Shown: positions 32,771 through 42,923 of the stretch, piece by piece | How the letters are laid out: each line of letters starts with the position of its first letter | Position numbering within the stretch: the first letter of the stretch is position 1 | DNA from: a bacterium | GTDB taxonomy: Bacteria > RBG-13-61-14 > DATKZS01 | Assembly (NCBI GenBank): GCA_963674965.2 | Contig: CAXXFL010000002.1 | Location: forward strand, 224,001-288,000 | DNA: 64,000 nucleotides | Direction: 5' to 3' | Translations under genes and position numbers: made by a program | The notes under the pieces: generated by a model | What the model was told of the DNA's origin: nothing | What the model saw: only the letters and a program-made list of their open reading frames with translations | The model's database searches: none

Positions 32771-33655
32771 TCAATGAAACTCCTCTATGATTTTTCCCTT
32801 TATTGTCCCGGCAACGCGCGAGAGAAGGCCGTGTTCCATTTCAAACGCGAGCGCCGCCGCCTCGGCGTTTCTCAGATCGTCGAAGACCCCGAAAACCGTG
32901 GGTCCCGACCCGCTCATCATAGCGCCAAGGCCGCCGTTTTCAATCAACAATTTCTTTGCTTTTAATACCTCCGGACGCCGAGCCGTCACCACCGGCTCGA
33001 GATCGTTCCTGAACTCCTTTAGCGAAATGAAATTTCCCGCGTTGCCTGAATGATTTAGGGTATCCCTTTTGGGCGGGGAAGTCAAATCGAAATTCTCGTA
33101 AGCCCAGGAGGCGCTGACGCCGAAGGGGAAACCGACGATCAAAAAGGTCCAGTCCGGGATCGGTCCCGCGGGGGACAGGATTTCTCCCACTCCCTCGGCC
33201 CAGGCCGGCGAATGGAAAAGAAAAAATGGCACGTCCGCCCCGATTTTTGCCGCGGCGCGAATAAGCTCTCCTCCCGGGTCCTCGAAACCGGTGAGCCGAG
33301 CCAGGGCCGCCAGGGTGGCGGCGGCGTTGGACGACCCGCCTCCCAGGCCCCCCGCCACGGGGATATGCTTGTCGATTTTGATCCGGACCCCCCTCGGGGG
33401 GGCGAAGCCGAGGTCGAAGAAAAGCCTGGCCGCCTTATGGCAAAGGTTGCCTTCATCCTCCGGCACGCCGGGGTGGCCGCACTCGATGGATATCTCCTTG
33501 CCGCCAAGCTCGACCTCGACCGAGTCGCAAAGGTCCACGGCCACGTTTAAAAGCTTGACCTCGTGGTATCCGTCCTCGCGTTTCCCCTTGACCTCGAGGT
33601 AAAGGTTGAGCTTGGCCGGAGAGCGCATCCGGACCGGGCCTTTGTCCATCGCCAT
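32771..33655 (-). CDS. ispE: 4-(CDP)-2-C-methyl-D-erythritol kinase
   Basis: SPAKLNLYL, IPVAGGLGGGSSNAA and MSGSGPTVF. Confidence 0.96.
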   Translation of the reverse strand: MAMDKGPVRMRSPAKLNLYLEVKGKREDGYHEVKLLNVAVDLCDSVEVELGGKEISIECGHPGVPEDEGNLCHKAARLFFDLGFAPPRGVRIKIDKHIPVAGGLGGGSSNAAATLAALARLTGFEDPGGELIRAAAKIGADVPFFLFHSPAWAEGVGEILSPAGPIPDWTFLIVGFPFGVSASWAYENFDLTSPPKRDTLNHSGNAGNFISLKEFRNDLEPVVTARRPEVLKAKKLLIENGGLGAMMSGSGPTVFGVFDDLRNAEAAALAFEMEHGLLSRVAGTIKGKIIEEFH

Positions 33656-33832
33656 GTTGCTTCCTTCAAACAAGCCCCGACCGGGGCGGGAATTACTTCA
33701 CCCGTCAAGTCCTCTCGCGGAAGTCTTTATAAAGCGGCGAAGCCACTCAGGACCGCGAAAGCTTGCCTTCGTCTTGGGTCCGGAAACCCGCTTCCGGTAA
33801 AGGATTCACGCGAGGGCAAGCCCACGCCAGGA

Positions 33833-33861
33833 AAAGCGGCGGCAAGCCGCCGCACTCCAAA
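33833..33861. repeat. REP-like palindrome of the same family as inside the MITEs
   Basis: AAAGCGGCGGCAAGCCGCCGCACTCCAAA resembles the MITE-internal AAAGCGGCGTCGAGCCGCCGCACTCCAAA. Confidence 0.65.
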
Positions 33862-33888
33862 TCAAGCCCCTTTCAAGGGACTCGAATC

Positions 33889-35376
33889 TCAGCTCTTTCC
33901 AATCCTCTCCTCGAGGGCCCGGAAGACCGAGGCGTTTCTGGCCTTGAATTCATCCACCCGCCGGGCGATGTCCTCCTTGGTCCTCTCCCAGGTCAGGTTC
34001 ATGCGGTCGGCCGTCTCGGTCTTCATCTGCTTGACCACGTCGTAGTAGTAGCGGTTCCTGGAGGTCCAGTTGCTCTCGAGGCGGTGGGCGTAGCTTTTGA
34101 GGAAGACGCCGAGGAGGTCCAGCTTGGAAAGCCCCTTCAGTATCTGTGGGATCGAGTAGAAGCTTCTCAGGGCCTTGAAGTTCTCGACCTGCAGCTCGAG
34201 GGGCGTCATGTTTTTGGGCTCGAACACCACGTGGTGGGCGTCGTACAGTCCCCAGTCCCTGGTGAGGAGCCGGTTCTCGCGCTCGAAGGTATCGTACTGG
34301 TCCGAGCCGGGAAGCGGGGTCAGGATCATGAACTGGACCGTGTCGATCCTGTTCTTCTTGGCGAACTTGGCCGTGTCCCTTACCGTCTGCACCGTGTCCT
34401 CGTCGCACCCGAGCACGAACATGCCGTGGACACGTATGTCGTACTCGTGGAACTTGGCGATCGATTCCTCGATCTGCTCGACGGTGATCTTTTTATTGTA
34501 GGCGTCCAGGCTTTCCTGGTTGACGCTCTCGATGCCCACGTAAACGTAGAGGCAGTTCGAGCGCTTGAACAGTTCCATCATCTCCTCGTCCCTTGTGATA
34601 TCGGCCCGGACCTGGGCGGTCCACCGGGGGGTGATATCCTCCGAGATCATCATCTCCAGGAGTTCCTTGGTCCTGTTCTTGTTGGCCGCGAAGTGGTCGT
34701 CGTAGAAGAACAGGACCTGCTTGGGGTCCACGGTCCTCATCTCCCGGATCACGTTCTCCTTGGACCTGTAGCGGTACTTCCTTCCGAACATCTTGGTGAC
34801 CGTGCAAAAGGAGCAGTCGTATGGACATCCCCTGCTGGTCATGATGGGCCTTACGCTGCCCTGTGGCTCCCGGATGAGGCTGAAGTCGGGGAAGGGAAGG
34901 GAGTCAAGGTCCATGGCGGGCTTTCCCATTTCATTGTGATAGCAGTGGTCGCCCACCCGGAATGACAGACCCGGTACCTCGCCCAGTCCGTGTCCGCTCT
35001 CGATGGCCCTCACGAACTGAACGATCGAGTTTTCCGCCTCCCCCCGGATGACGTAGTCCGCGTACTGGAGGGCCTCCTCGGGCGTGAAGGTCACGTGGGG
35101 ACCGCCCAGCACCACGGGGATGCCGTGGTTCTTGATCTGGGCCGCCAGGGCATAGCAGCGGGGCGCCGTCGAGGTAATGGTGGATATCCCCACCAGGTCC
35201 GCCTGGAATACGGCCTTGAAGTCGATGTCGCCCATGTCCTCGACGTAGACCTTGACGAAATAGCCGTGGCGCTCGAGCAGGGCCCCCAAAATGAGGGTCC
35301 CCAGGCGGGGCAGTTTGTAACGGCTGAAAATATGATAATCGGGCGAACGAGGTTCGATAAGCACGATGTTCTTCAT
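33889..35376 (-). CDS. B12-binding radical SAM protein
   Basis: VLGGPHVT, SRGCPYDCSFC, FFYDDHF and ILTPLPGS. Confidence 0.92.
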   Translation of the reverse strand: MKNIVLIEPRSPDYHIFSRYKLPRLGTLILGALLERHGYFVKVYVEDMGDIDFKAVFQADLVGISTITSTAPRCYALAAQIKNHGIPVVLGGPHVTFTPEEALQYADYVIRGEAENSIVQFVRAIESGHGLGEVPGLSFRVGDHCYHNEMGKPAMDLDSLPFPDFSLIREPQGSVRPIMTSRGCPYDCSFCTVTKMFGRKYRYRSKENVIREMRTVDPKQVLFFYDDHFAANKNRTKELLEMMISEDITPRWTAQVRADITRDEEMMELFKRSNCLYVYVGIESVNQESLDAYNKKITVEQIEESIAKFHEYDIRVHGMFVLGCDEDTVQTVRDTAKFAKKNRIDTVQFMILTPLPGSDQYDTFERENRLLTRDWGLYDAHHVVFEPKNMTPLELQVENFKALRSFYSIPQILKGLSKLDLLGVFLKSYAHRLESNWTSRNRYYYDVVKQMKTETADRMNLTWERTKEDIARRVDEFKARNASVFRALEERIGKS

Positions 35377-35537
35377 TGGTGGCTCCCTTGGTCCTTGACC
35401 GCCGGCCGTGAAGGCGCGGCTGATTTGCGGAGGTTCCGGCGCGACGATGGCCATCGCGCCTCGCGATCGATTTTCCCTTTTCCCTGTTTCTTTTTTCGCC
35501 CGCGCCATTTCCCCCAGGCGCGGAGTTGGCGAAAAAA

Positions 35538-35629
35538 TGGCGGAGAGCGAGGGATTCGAACCCTCGGGGCAGTTTTACCCACCCACACGATTAGCAATCG
35601 TGCGCCTTCAGCCTCTCGGCCAGCTCTCC
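35538..35629 (-). tRNA. tRNA-Ser(GCT)
   Basis: GGAGAGC stem, anticodon loop TT-GCT-AA, long variable arm, GGTTCGAATCC, encoded CCA. Confidence 0.93.
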
Positions 35630-35688
35630 GTCAGTCGGTGATTTTCAATCTATCCGGATACTCTACCCGACTTATTCCCGTTCGTCAA

Positions 35689-35780
35689 TGGCGGAGGAGG
35701 TAGGATTCGAACCCACGGAACGAGTCGCCCCGCCCAACGGTTTTCAAGACCGCCGCCTTCGACCACTCGGCCACTCCTCC
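35689..35780 (-). tRNA. tRNA-Ser(TGA)
   Basis: GGAGGAG stem, anticodon loop CT-TGA-AA, long variable arm, encoded CCA. Confidence 0.93.
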
Positions 35781-35959
35781 CCGACCCCTTTGGTCAAGAC
35801 TATTTTAGTGAATAATACTTTGCTGTCAAGGCCCCAAAAGCCCGATCCGCCCGGTTTTACATTAGTTTCACAATGGGACGGGCGGGCTCGATTTGGCGGC
35901 CCGATTGCGCCCCGGGCCATTGGCGGCTATTATCCTTGCCGTTAAAAGGAGAAGTTGTA

Positions 35960-36568
35960 ATGGATACAAAGCCCGGATTTTCCGATTATTTCAGGGCCCT
36001 TTTTCTTCACCAGCCCGAGGACGTGGACCGGATCAGCGTGGGCGGCCGGGCCCTGGTTTTCGTCCTGCTGGCCGTTTGGGGTTTTCTATTTATTATTCAT
36101 CCGGTTGACGCCCATTACATCTACGGCTCCTTCTTGCATAAACCAAACCTTGTTTTCCACGAGGCGGGTCATATAATATTCTCCCCCTTTGGCCAGTTCA
36201 TAAAAGTGCTGGGAGGCTCGCTTTTTCAGGTCCTTTTGCCACTCATCATCATGGCGGCTTTTATCCTTAAAAACCGCGACGGCTTCGGGGCCTCGGTGGG
36301 ACTGTGGTGGTCCGCGCAGAACCTGATGGACGTGGCCCCTTACCTTTACGACGCCAGGGACCTGAACCTTGTACTATTAGGCGGGGTCACGGGAAAGGAC
36401 GTGGTGGACTATCACGACTGGGAGTTTCTGTTAAGGAAGCTGGGGCTCGTTCAGCAGGCCCATTTCCTGGGCCAGACCCTGCACTGGGTGGGGGCGCTCC
36501 TTATGCTGCTGGCCCTGGTCTGGGGCGGCTACATGATCATGGGCCAGTACGCGAGGTTGAAAAAATGA
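35960..36568 (+). CDS. Conserved membrane protein with HExxH motif (M50B-like)
   Basis: NLVFHEAGH, GGSLFQ and HDW with TM helices. Confidence 0.75.
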   Translation: MDTKPGFSDYFRALFLHQPEDVDRISVGGRALVFVLLAVWGFLFIIHPVDAHYIYGSFLHKPNLVFHEAGHIIFSPFGQFIKVLGGSLFQVLLPLIIMAAFILKNRDGFGASVGLWWSAQNLMDVAPYLYDARDLNLVLLGGVTGKDVVDYHDWEFLLRKLGLVQQAHFLGQTLHWVGALLMLLALVWGGYMIMGQYARLKK

Positions 36569-36829
36569 TACGCTCACGGCGCTCCGGCCGTCGTCACCCA
36601 CCGCGCGAGATCAATCCGATCGCCTCGCCCAGGCCCGCTGATAAAGATCATTTTCAGGATAAATTTCTTGGACCGGGCGCGCAATAAGCGGCTGGATACA
36701 GGGAAAGAGGGCGTCTTTTATGGGGATTGGATTTGTATCACTCCCCCCCATGGGCCTATAATGGACCATGAGCGAAAGACTGACGGGACGATATTGGCTC
36801 GCGCCTCCCCCCGTTTTGAAAGAATACCC

Positions 36830-37828
36830 ATGGAAGACATGAACGATCTCAGTCTACTCGGACCCGCCGGCAGGGACCTCGTCGAAAGGATGCTAAACGG
36901 AGACCGCCGGGCCTTGGCCCGTCTCATGACCCTGGTCGAGAGCCGGCCGGATGACATTTACCGGATCATGGCCATAGTCACGTCCCGGTCGAGGGGCGCT
37001 CATCGGCTGGGCATAACCGGTCCTCCCGGCGCGGGCAAGTCCACCCTGATCGACCTTCTGATCCACGAGTGGCGGGCTCGGAAGCGGACCGTGGGAGCCG
37101 TGGCGGTTGACCCCTCGAGTCCCTTCTCGGGAGGGGCCGTGCTGGGCGACCGCATCCGCATGCAGGAGCACGCTCTGGACGAGGGCGTGTTCATCCGGTC
37201 CCTCGGCTCGAGGGGAAGCTACGGCGGCATCTCGAGGGCGACCATGGAGATAGCGTCCCTCCTCGACGCCTTCGGCATGGACCAGGTGGTGGTCGAGACG
37301 GTGGGCGTGGGACAGACCGAACTGGACATCATCGGACTGGCCGACACCACGGCCGTGGTGCTGGTGCCCGAGGCGGGTGATACCATCCAGACCCTGAAGG
37401 CCGGCCTCATGGAGATAGGCGACGTGTTCGTGGTGAACAAGGCCGACCGGGACGGGGCCGACCGCATGGCCGTCGAGGTGAGGGCCATGCTCCAGATGAC
37501 GGCCGGCCGCGGCGGCTGGGAGGTTCCGGTCATCATGACCTCGGCCCGTGAGGGCAAGGGCGTGACCGAGTTCGTGGACGCGGTGGACGCGCACCGGGAA
37601 TACTGCCGCGACAATCCCCAGCGCGAGGTCTTCAGGCGGGGCTATTATAAGCGGTGGCTGACCGAGCTTATTCTTTCCGAGCTCAGCCGCAGGATCAGGC
37701 GGTCGGCCCAGGACGTTGGCAAGGACCTTTTCGAGATGGTGGGAAAAGGAGAGAAGGACCCCTACTCAGCCGCCGCCGCCGTGCTGGCCGACCCCGAGCT
37801 TTTGAAGAAGTTCCTTTCCCTGAAATAA
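36830..37828 (+). CDS. meaB: Methylmalonyl-CoA mutase-associated GTPase
   Basis: GITGPPGAGKST, AVDPSSPFSGGAVLGDRIRM, ETVGVGQ and VNKAD. Confidence 0.94.
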   Translation: MEDMNDLSLLGPAGRDLVERMLNGDRRALARLMTLVESRPDDIYRIMAIVTSRSRGAHRLGITGPPGAGKSTLIDLLIHEWRARKRTVGAVAVDPSSPFSGGAVLGDRIRMQEHALDEGVFIRSLGSRGSYGGISRATMEIASLLDAFGMDQVVVETVGVGQTELDIIGLADTTAVVLVPEAGDTIQTLKAGLMEIGDVFVVNKADRDGADRMAVEVRAMLQMTAGRGGWEVPVIMTSAREGKGVTEFVDAVDAHREYCRDNPQREVFRRGYYKRWLTELILSELSRRIRRSAQDVGKDLFEMVGKGEKDPYSAAAAVLADPELLKKFLSLK

Positions 37829-37844
37829 AGACGCTTTTCCGAGA

Positions 37845-39044
37845 TTACCCGGCCGGCTCGAATATACCGGGCAGGTCTTTTATTCCCCGGCAGACGAGGT
37901 CGTTGATATTCACGAACACCACTCCCCGGTCCTCCCCCAGGTGGTCGGCCACGGCCGCCAGGGGCCAGTGGTTCATGCGCACGTAGACATGGGTGGCGTC
38001 GGCCTTTCCCGCCAGCATCATGGCGGCGGTTAGGTTGCCCAGGTCGTCGTCGGTGCAGAGGAAAAAGGCGTGGTCCACCTCGTCGACCAGTTCCATGTGG
38101 TGGATGTCGGCCTGCAAAAAGGACGTCCGCTCTTCTATCCCCAGTTCGCCGGCCAGCTTGCGGACCTCCTCGGACCGGTCGGCGCGGTCGGCGATCTTGA
38201 CGATCATCATCTCCTCGGGACCCAGGTCCCGGGCCAGGACCTCGAAGAGGTCCCGGCCGAACTTGCCAAACCCCAGTATGGTTACCTCGGTCACGCCCTC
38301 CCTGATGGACCGGGAAAAGTGTTTGGCTATCATCTTGGCCGCGGCTATGTGATAGGTGTCGAAAAAACGGATGTCCACGGGGCCATCGCACTTGACCACG
38401 CCCCGGGCGGTCTCGGCCAGCTTTTCCGTCGAGATATGGGTCCAGATGATCTTGGGGCCCGCGCCCTCTTCCTCCAGCCACTCGTAAAGGCCCACGGCCC
38501 CCTCCAGGTTGGCCAGGTCGTCGCCGCAGGCGAAAACTATCGAGCGCGCCCGCTTGGCCCCCGCCCTCTCGAGAATGGAGCGGGAGTGGAAGTTGCCGTA
38601 CACCATGGGGACCTTGTGCTCGGCCCTCCATTCCTCGAACTCGTCCTCCGAGCAAAGGTCCACTCCCACCACCTTGACTCCCTTGTCGTGGAGGGTGGAC
38701 GCCAAAAGTTTTCCCGTCCGGCCCACTCCGCACACGATCACGTGGTCCGAGAACCATCGGGCCCGGATGGCGGGAGAGAGCCTGAAAAGATAGCTGATGG
38801 CCGTTCCCAGGGCGGAAAGCGCGATGGCCGGGGCGGCGAAGTAAATCAATATTAAAGGCCACGCCCTGGGGAAGGGCTCTAAGTCCCGCTCGAACACGAA
38901 GAGCCGAAGGGTCGAGTAAAAGGCCTCCCAGAAGGTGATGCCCTTATATTCGCGGGGGAAAAAGACAAGGCCCACAACCAGGACGGCTACAATGGACAGC
39001 ACCCATAAAGCCAGCCGGATGGTCGTTCGATAGCCCCGTCTCAT
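37845..39044 (-). CDS. Potassium-channel/TrkA-like protein with two RCK (NAD-binding) domains
   Basis: N-terminal TM/pore-like segment; HVIVCGVGRTG and ILGFGKFG. Confidence 0.75.
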   Translation of the reverse strand: MRRGYRTTIRLALWVLSIVAVLVVGLVFFPREYKGITFWEAFYSTLRLFVFERDLEPFPRAWPLILIYFAAPAIALSALGTAISYLFRLSPAIRARWFSDHVIVCGVGRTGKLLASTLHDKGVKVVGVDLCSEDEFEEWRAEHKVPMVYGNFHSRSILERAGAKRARSIVFACGDDLANLEGAVGLYEWLEEEGAGPKIIWTHISTEKLAETARGVVKCDGPVDIRFFDTYHIAAAKMIAKHFSRSIREGVTEVTILGFGKFGRDLFEVLARDLGPEEMMIVKIADRADRSEEVRKLAGELGIEERTSFLQADIHHMELVDEVDHAFFLCTDDDLGNLTAAMMLAGKADATHVYVRMNHWPLAAVADHLGEDRGVVFVNINDLVCRGIKDLPGIFEPAG

Positions 39045-39048
39045 AAGG

Positions 39049-39879
39049 TCACCTCGATTCCGCGAGGATTTTTTTCACCCTCTCCCGGCTGATCTCGGCG
39101 GGTGACGGATCGACGCCGACCTTGATGACCTCGAGGGTGACTATCCCGTCGAAAGATTTGATGAAATCCAGGATCGGCGAGTAGTCGAAGTTGCCTTCGC
39201 CGATAATGAGATGGTCGTCGCGCTCCCCGAAGTTGTCCGTGAAATGCACGTGCCCCGCGTAAGGTCCCATTTTCTCGATGGCCAAGTCAAGTTCATTGTT
39301 CAGGCGAGCGTGCCCGATATCGATGCAAAAACGCATGGACTCGAACCCGACCTGTTCCCTGATCTTCAGCATGTGCTCGACCGAGTCGTCTATTAAGTCC
39401 GGCTCGAAGCCCACGTTCTCGAGGCAGAGCATGACCCCCCTTTCCTCGGCGCGGGCCGCGACTTTTTTAAGGGAATCCACGTTCATGTCCCACTGGATTT
39501 TAAAGGCCTCGGGCGCCTTGTCCTCATCGAACCGGGGCAGGATGTAGGAGCCGTTATGCACCACCACCACGCGTCCGCCCAGGTCGGCCAAAAGGTCCAC
39601 GGCGTCCATGTACTGCTTGATGGACTCGGCCCTGATGCCCGAGTTGAGGGCCGCGATATTGACGCTGGAAAAGGGCGCGTGCAGGGCCAGGGCCATTCCG
39701 GAGGACTCGGCCAGGCGCCTGGCGTCCTTTCTCTGGCTCCCGGTCACGTCCGCGCAGGAGCACTGGGGGAAATCCCCGAAGATTTCAAAGGCCTCGAACT
39801 CTCGCTCGACGGCGAGCTTGAGGGCGGAAAAGGCCGGCAGTCTCATGACGGTCGAGCCCGCCATTCCGATAAGGGGCAT
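39049..39879 (-). CDS. Sugar phosphate isomerase/epimerase (AP endonuclease 2 TIM barrel)
   Basis: LHAPF, CLENV, DIGHA and HFTDN...DDHL..GEG. Confidence 0.85.
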   Translation of the reverse strand: MPLIGMAGSTVMRLPAFSALKLAVEREFEAFEIFGDFPQCSCADVTGSQRKDARRLAESSGMALALHAPFSSVNIAALNSGIRAESIKQYMDAVDLLADLGGRVVVVHNGSYILPRFDEDKAPEAFKIQWDMNVDSLKKVAARAEERGVMLCLENVGFEPDLIDDSVEHMLKIREQVGFESMRFCIDIGHARLNNELDLAIEKMGPYAGHVHFTDNFGERDDHLIIGEGNFDYSPILDFIKSFDGIVTLEVIKVGVDPSPAEISRERVKKILAESR

Positions 39880-39893
39880 GATAACTCTCCGGT

Positions 39894-41258
39894 TCAGGTC
39901 TGTTCCTGGTTTTCCATCTCTTTCCCGAGTTTTTCAAGATACTTCACGGCCAGTCCGGCGGCTTGAATGGCGGAGGCGGCGGCGACCCCGGAAAGGACCC
40001 CCTCCGCGGCCACCTCGTCTCCGGCCAGGAAGAGGTTCTTAACGCCCTTGACCGCCACCTTGGGCCTGGCGCTCCGCGGCTGCCTGGGAAGGGGCGCGGC
40101 CCCGGATATGTTCGGTATGGTGCGCAGCCTCTCCCACTTGACCTTGTCCGCAATCTCGGGGAACTGTTTCTTGACAATCCTTTTTAGCCGCTTGATATGG
40201 GCGCGGGCCACCTTTTTATCGATCAGGTCTTCCTCGTTCACCAGGGCCATCCAGCTCGAGAGCTGCCCTCCCTCGGGGGCCAGGCCGGGATCGAGGTTAC
40301 TGGGGAACCTGCCTATGACCGACTCCCTGGGGTCGATCATGACGCCCATCACGTCGCTCACGGGACCGGCCAGTCCGAACTCGAGGGCGATGCCCGAGAC
40401 GGGCGTGAGCTTGGCGCATTTCCGGGCCAGGGTCGCGTTGATCCCTTCCCCGACCGCGACCTCGGGCAGGTACTGCAAAGGCCCGGAATAAATCACCGTT
40501 TTAGGCGTGTATTCCTCGGACGAGGTCTTGACCCGTATGACGGACCCCTCCTCGATCACTATCTCGTGGACCTTGGACCCTAAAACGATCATGGCCTCAC
40601 GCTCGGAGATCACCCGGGCCAGGGCCTCGACCAGGCGGGAGGCTCCCCCCTCGATCACGGAAAGATGGAACCCCGAATGGCCCACCGCCTTGACGTGGGA
40701 TATCAAAAGCTCGGCCGAGACGCCGGCCCCGTTCATGCCCAAAACGGTCATGGAGAGGGCGGAGGCATAGTCCGAAATAAGCTCGTCCTCCCCGAAGCCG
40801 CTCTCGCTCACGAAGTCAGCCACGCTCTTCTTGGCCCAGGCGGCGGGATCGGCCTCGGACAGAGCGGCAAAGAGTTTCTTTATCCGGGCCGCCTCGTCCT
40901 CGCTGAAGCCGGGCACCTGGCTGAAGTCCACGTCGTCTCCAGCCGGGACCGGCAGGCGGTCCTTGCCCCGCAAAAGGTAGCCCGAGTTACGGTTCTCGAT
41001 GAACTTGAGGCCAAGGCCAAGACGCGAGTTCAGCTCGCCGATGGGTCCCGAGTCGCCGTAGTGAAAACAATGGAGACCCGCGTCAAGGCTGAAGCCGTCC
41101 CGCGTGAGGCCCGCCAGTTTGCCGCCCACGTCCTCCGCCTGCTCGACCAGCGTCACCTTTACGCCGTCCCTGGCCAATAAAGCGCCGGCGGCCAGACCCG
41201 AAAGTCCGGCCCCCACTATCAATACCTCGGGTGTGTCCAACCCGTCCCTCCCGTTCAT
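39894..41258 (-). CDS. FAD-dependent oxidoreductase (phytoene desaturase-like)
   Basis: IVGAGLSGL...VEQ...GG, DAGLH and NLFLAGD. Confidence 0.85.
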   Translation of the reverse strand: MNGRDGLDTPEVLIVGAGLSGLAAGALLARDGVKVTLVEQAEDVGGKLAGLTRDGFSLDAGLHCFHYGDSGPIGELNSRLGLGLKFIENRNSGYLLRGKDRLPVPAGDDVDFSQVPGFSEDEAARIKKLFAALSEADPAAWAKKSVADFVSESGFGEDELISDYASALSMTVLGMNGAGVSAELLISHVKAVGHSGFHLSVIEGGASRLVEALARVISEREAMIVLGSKVHEIVIEEGSVIRVKTSSEEYTPKTVIYSGPLQYLPEVAVGEGINATLARKCAKLTPVSGIALEFGLAGPVSDVMGVMIDPRESVIGRFPSNLDPGLAPEGGQLSSWMALVNEEDLIDKKVARAHIKRLKRIVKKQFPEIADKVKWERLRTIPNISGAAPLPRQPRSARPKVAVKGVKNLFLAGDEVAAEGVLSGVAAASAIQAAGLAVKYLEKLGKEMENQEQT

Positions 41259-41475
41259 GGCTTATAAGTCACGATAGTTTAGCCCATTTTGACCCTTTTC
41301 AAAAGACCGGGGCCAAACCCGGGCCGCGCCGCCTCGAGGCCGCCCCAAATTCCGCCGTCTTTTCACCCACATGAAAAATGGGCTATAATTTTTACCTCGG
41401 CCGGGCCGAGGCGCCGCAGGTCCCCGCCCGTCGGGCGACCGGATCAAGAACTATAAGACCAGGAAGGAAAAGGAT

Positions 41476-42750
41476 ATGGAAGACGTTATCGACGTCCTTG
41501 AAAAAAGGGGCTTTGTGGGACAAATGACCGATCCCGCTCTTCAGGAAATCTGCAAAACCAAGATGGTCACCTATTACGTCGGGTTCGATCCCACGGCCAA
41601 CAGTCTCCATATCGGAAACTTGAAGCAGATCATGATGATGTCCCAGCTCCAGCGGCACGGGCACCGGCCCATCGCCCTGGCCGGCGGCGGCACGGGCATG
41701 ATCGGCGACCCCTCCGGCAAGTCCAAGGAAAGGGTGCTCCTGTCAAAGGAAATCCTCCAGGAAAACCTGGTGGGAATCAAGGGCCAGCTCATGAGGTTCC
41801 TCGATTTCGATAGCGGCGAAAACTCGGCCGTTATCGTCAACAACGCGGACTGGCTGGAGAAATTCTGCCTTATCGACTTCCTTCGCGACGTGGGCAAGTA
41901 CTTCCGGGTGGGCGAGATGCTGGGCAAGGAAAGCGTGCGTCTTCGCATCAACAGCGAGGAGGGAATGAGCTTTACCGAGTTCTGTTACCAGCTTCTCCAG
42001 GCTTACGACTTCCTCCACCTTTTCGATCAGTTCGGCTGTACCCTGCAAATGGGCGGGTCCGACCAGTGGGGCAACATCACCGCCGGCATCGAGCTGATAA
42101 GGAAGCTGCGCCAGAGTAGCGCCTACGGCCTGACCTCTCCCCTGGTGGTCACCGCCTCGGGCCAGAAGTTCGGCAAGACCGAGGCGGGGGCCATCTGGCT
42201 GGACGCCGAGCGGACCTCGCCCTACGAGTTCTACCAGTACTGGGTCCGAGCCGACGACCGGGACGTCGTGTCCTGGCTCAAGACCTTCACCTACCTCTCG
42301 TTCGAGGAAATCGGCGAGCTGGCCCGGACCATGGAGGAGCGCCCCGAGGAGCGGGCGGCCCAGAAGAAGCTGGCCTTCGAGGTCACGGCCCTGGTGCACG
42401 GTAAGGACGAGGCCCAAAAGGCCATCCGCGCCAGCCGGGTGCTGTTCGGCGAGGAAATCCGGGACCTTAGCGACAAGGACCTTAGCGCCATCTTCGCCGA
42501 CGTTCCCAGCGCCGAGATATCCAAAGACAGGATATCCGGGGGCATTGGCATACTGGACCTCCTGGTCGAGTCGGGCATGGTCAAGTCCAAGTCCGAGGCC
42601 AAAAGACTGGTCAAGCAGGGAGGGGCCTACATAAACAACCTCCGTATCGAGGGCGAGGAAAAAACCGTCACCACCTCCGACCTCGCCTCCGAGACCATGC
42701 TCGTCTTAAGGAGCGGAAAGAAGAAATATCTGCTGGTCAAGGCGGGATGA
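41476..42750 (+). CDS. tyrS: Tyrosine-tRNA ligase
   Basis: GFDPTANSLHIGN, QMGGSDQWGNI, KFGKT and C-terminal S4 domain. Confidence 0.97.
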   Translation: MEDVIDVLEKRGFVGQMTDPALQEICKTKMVTYYVGFDPTANSLHIGNLKQIMMMSQLQRHGHRPIALAGGGTGMIGDPSGKSKERVLLSKEILQENLVGIKGQLMRFLDFDSGENSAVIVNNADWLEKFCLIDFLRDVGKYFRVGEMLGKESVRLRINSEEGMSFTEFCYQLLQAYDFLHLFDQFGCTLQMGGSDQWGNITAGIELIRKLRQSSAYGLTSPLVVTASGQKFGKTEAGAIWLDAERTSPYEFYQYWVRADDRDVVSWLKTFTYLSFEEIGELARTMEERPEERAAQKKLAFEVTALVHGKDEAQKAIRASRVLFGEEIRDLSDKDLSAIFADVPSAEISKDRISGGIGILDLLVESGMVKSKSEAKRLVKQGGAYINNLRIEGEEKTVTTSDLASETMLVLRSGKKKYLLVKAG

Positions 42751-42923
42751 GCCGCAGAGGATAAACCCAACTGGGGTGCCTGACTGAAGGAACGGGATGG
42801 ACTGTCTTCCCCCGAAAGGGGGAAAATATGAATACTGGCCTACGAAAAACTACGGAAATTGTTACCGGCCCCGCAGGGGTCGGACCCCTTTTTTGTCCGT
42901 CCCAGCGGAGCCGTAAAAGCTGA

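Noticed and set aside
35689-35780. Selenocysteine or suppressor tRNA
   Set aside because: The anticodon is TGA (reads UCA, Ser), not TCA, and the acceptor stem is a normal 7 bp.
35538-35780. tRNA-Ser pair as an island integration site
   Set aside because: No integrase and no duplicated tRNA 3' end seen; flanking genes have host-like composition.
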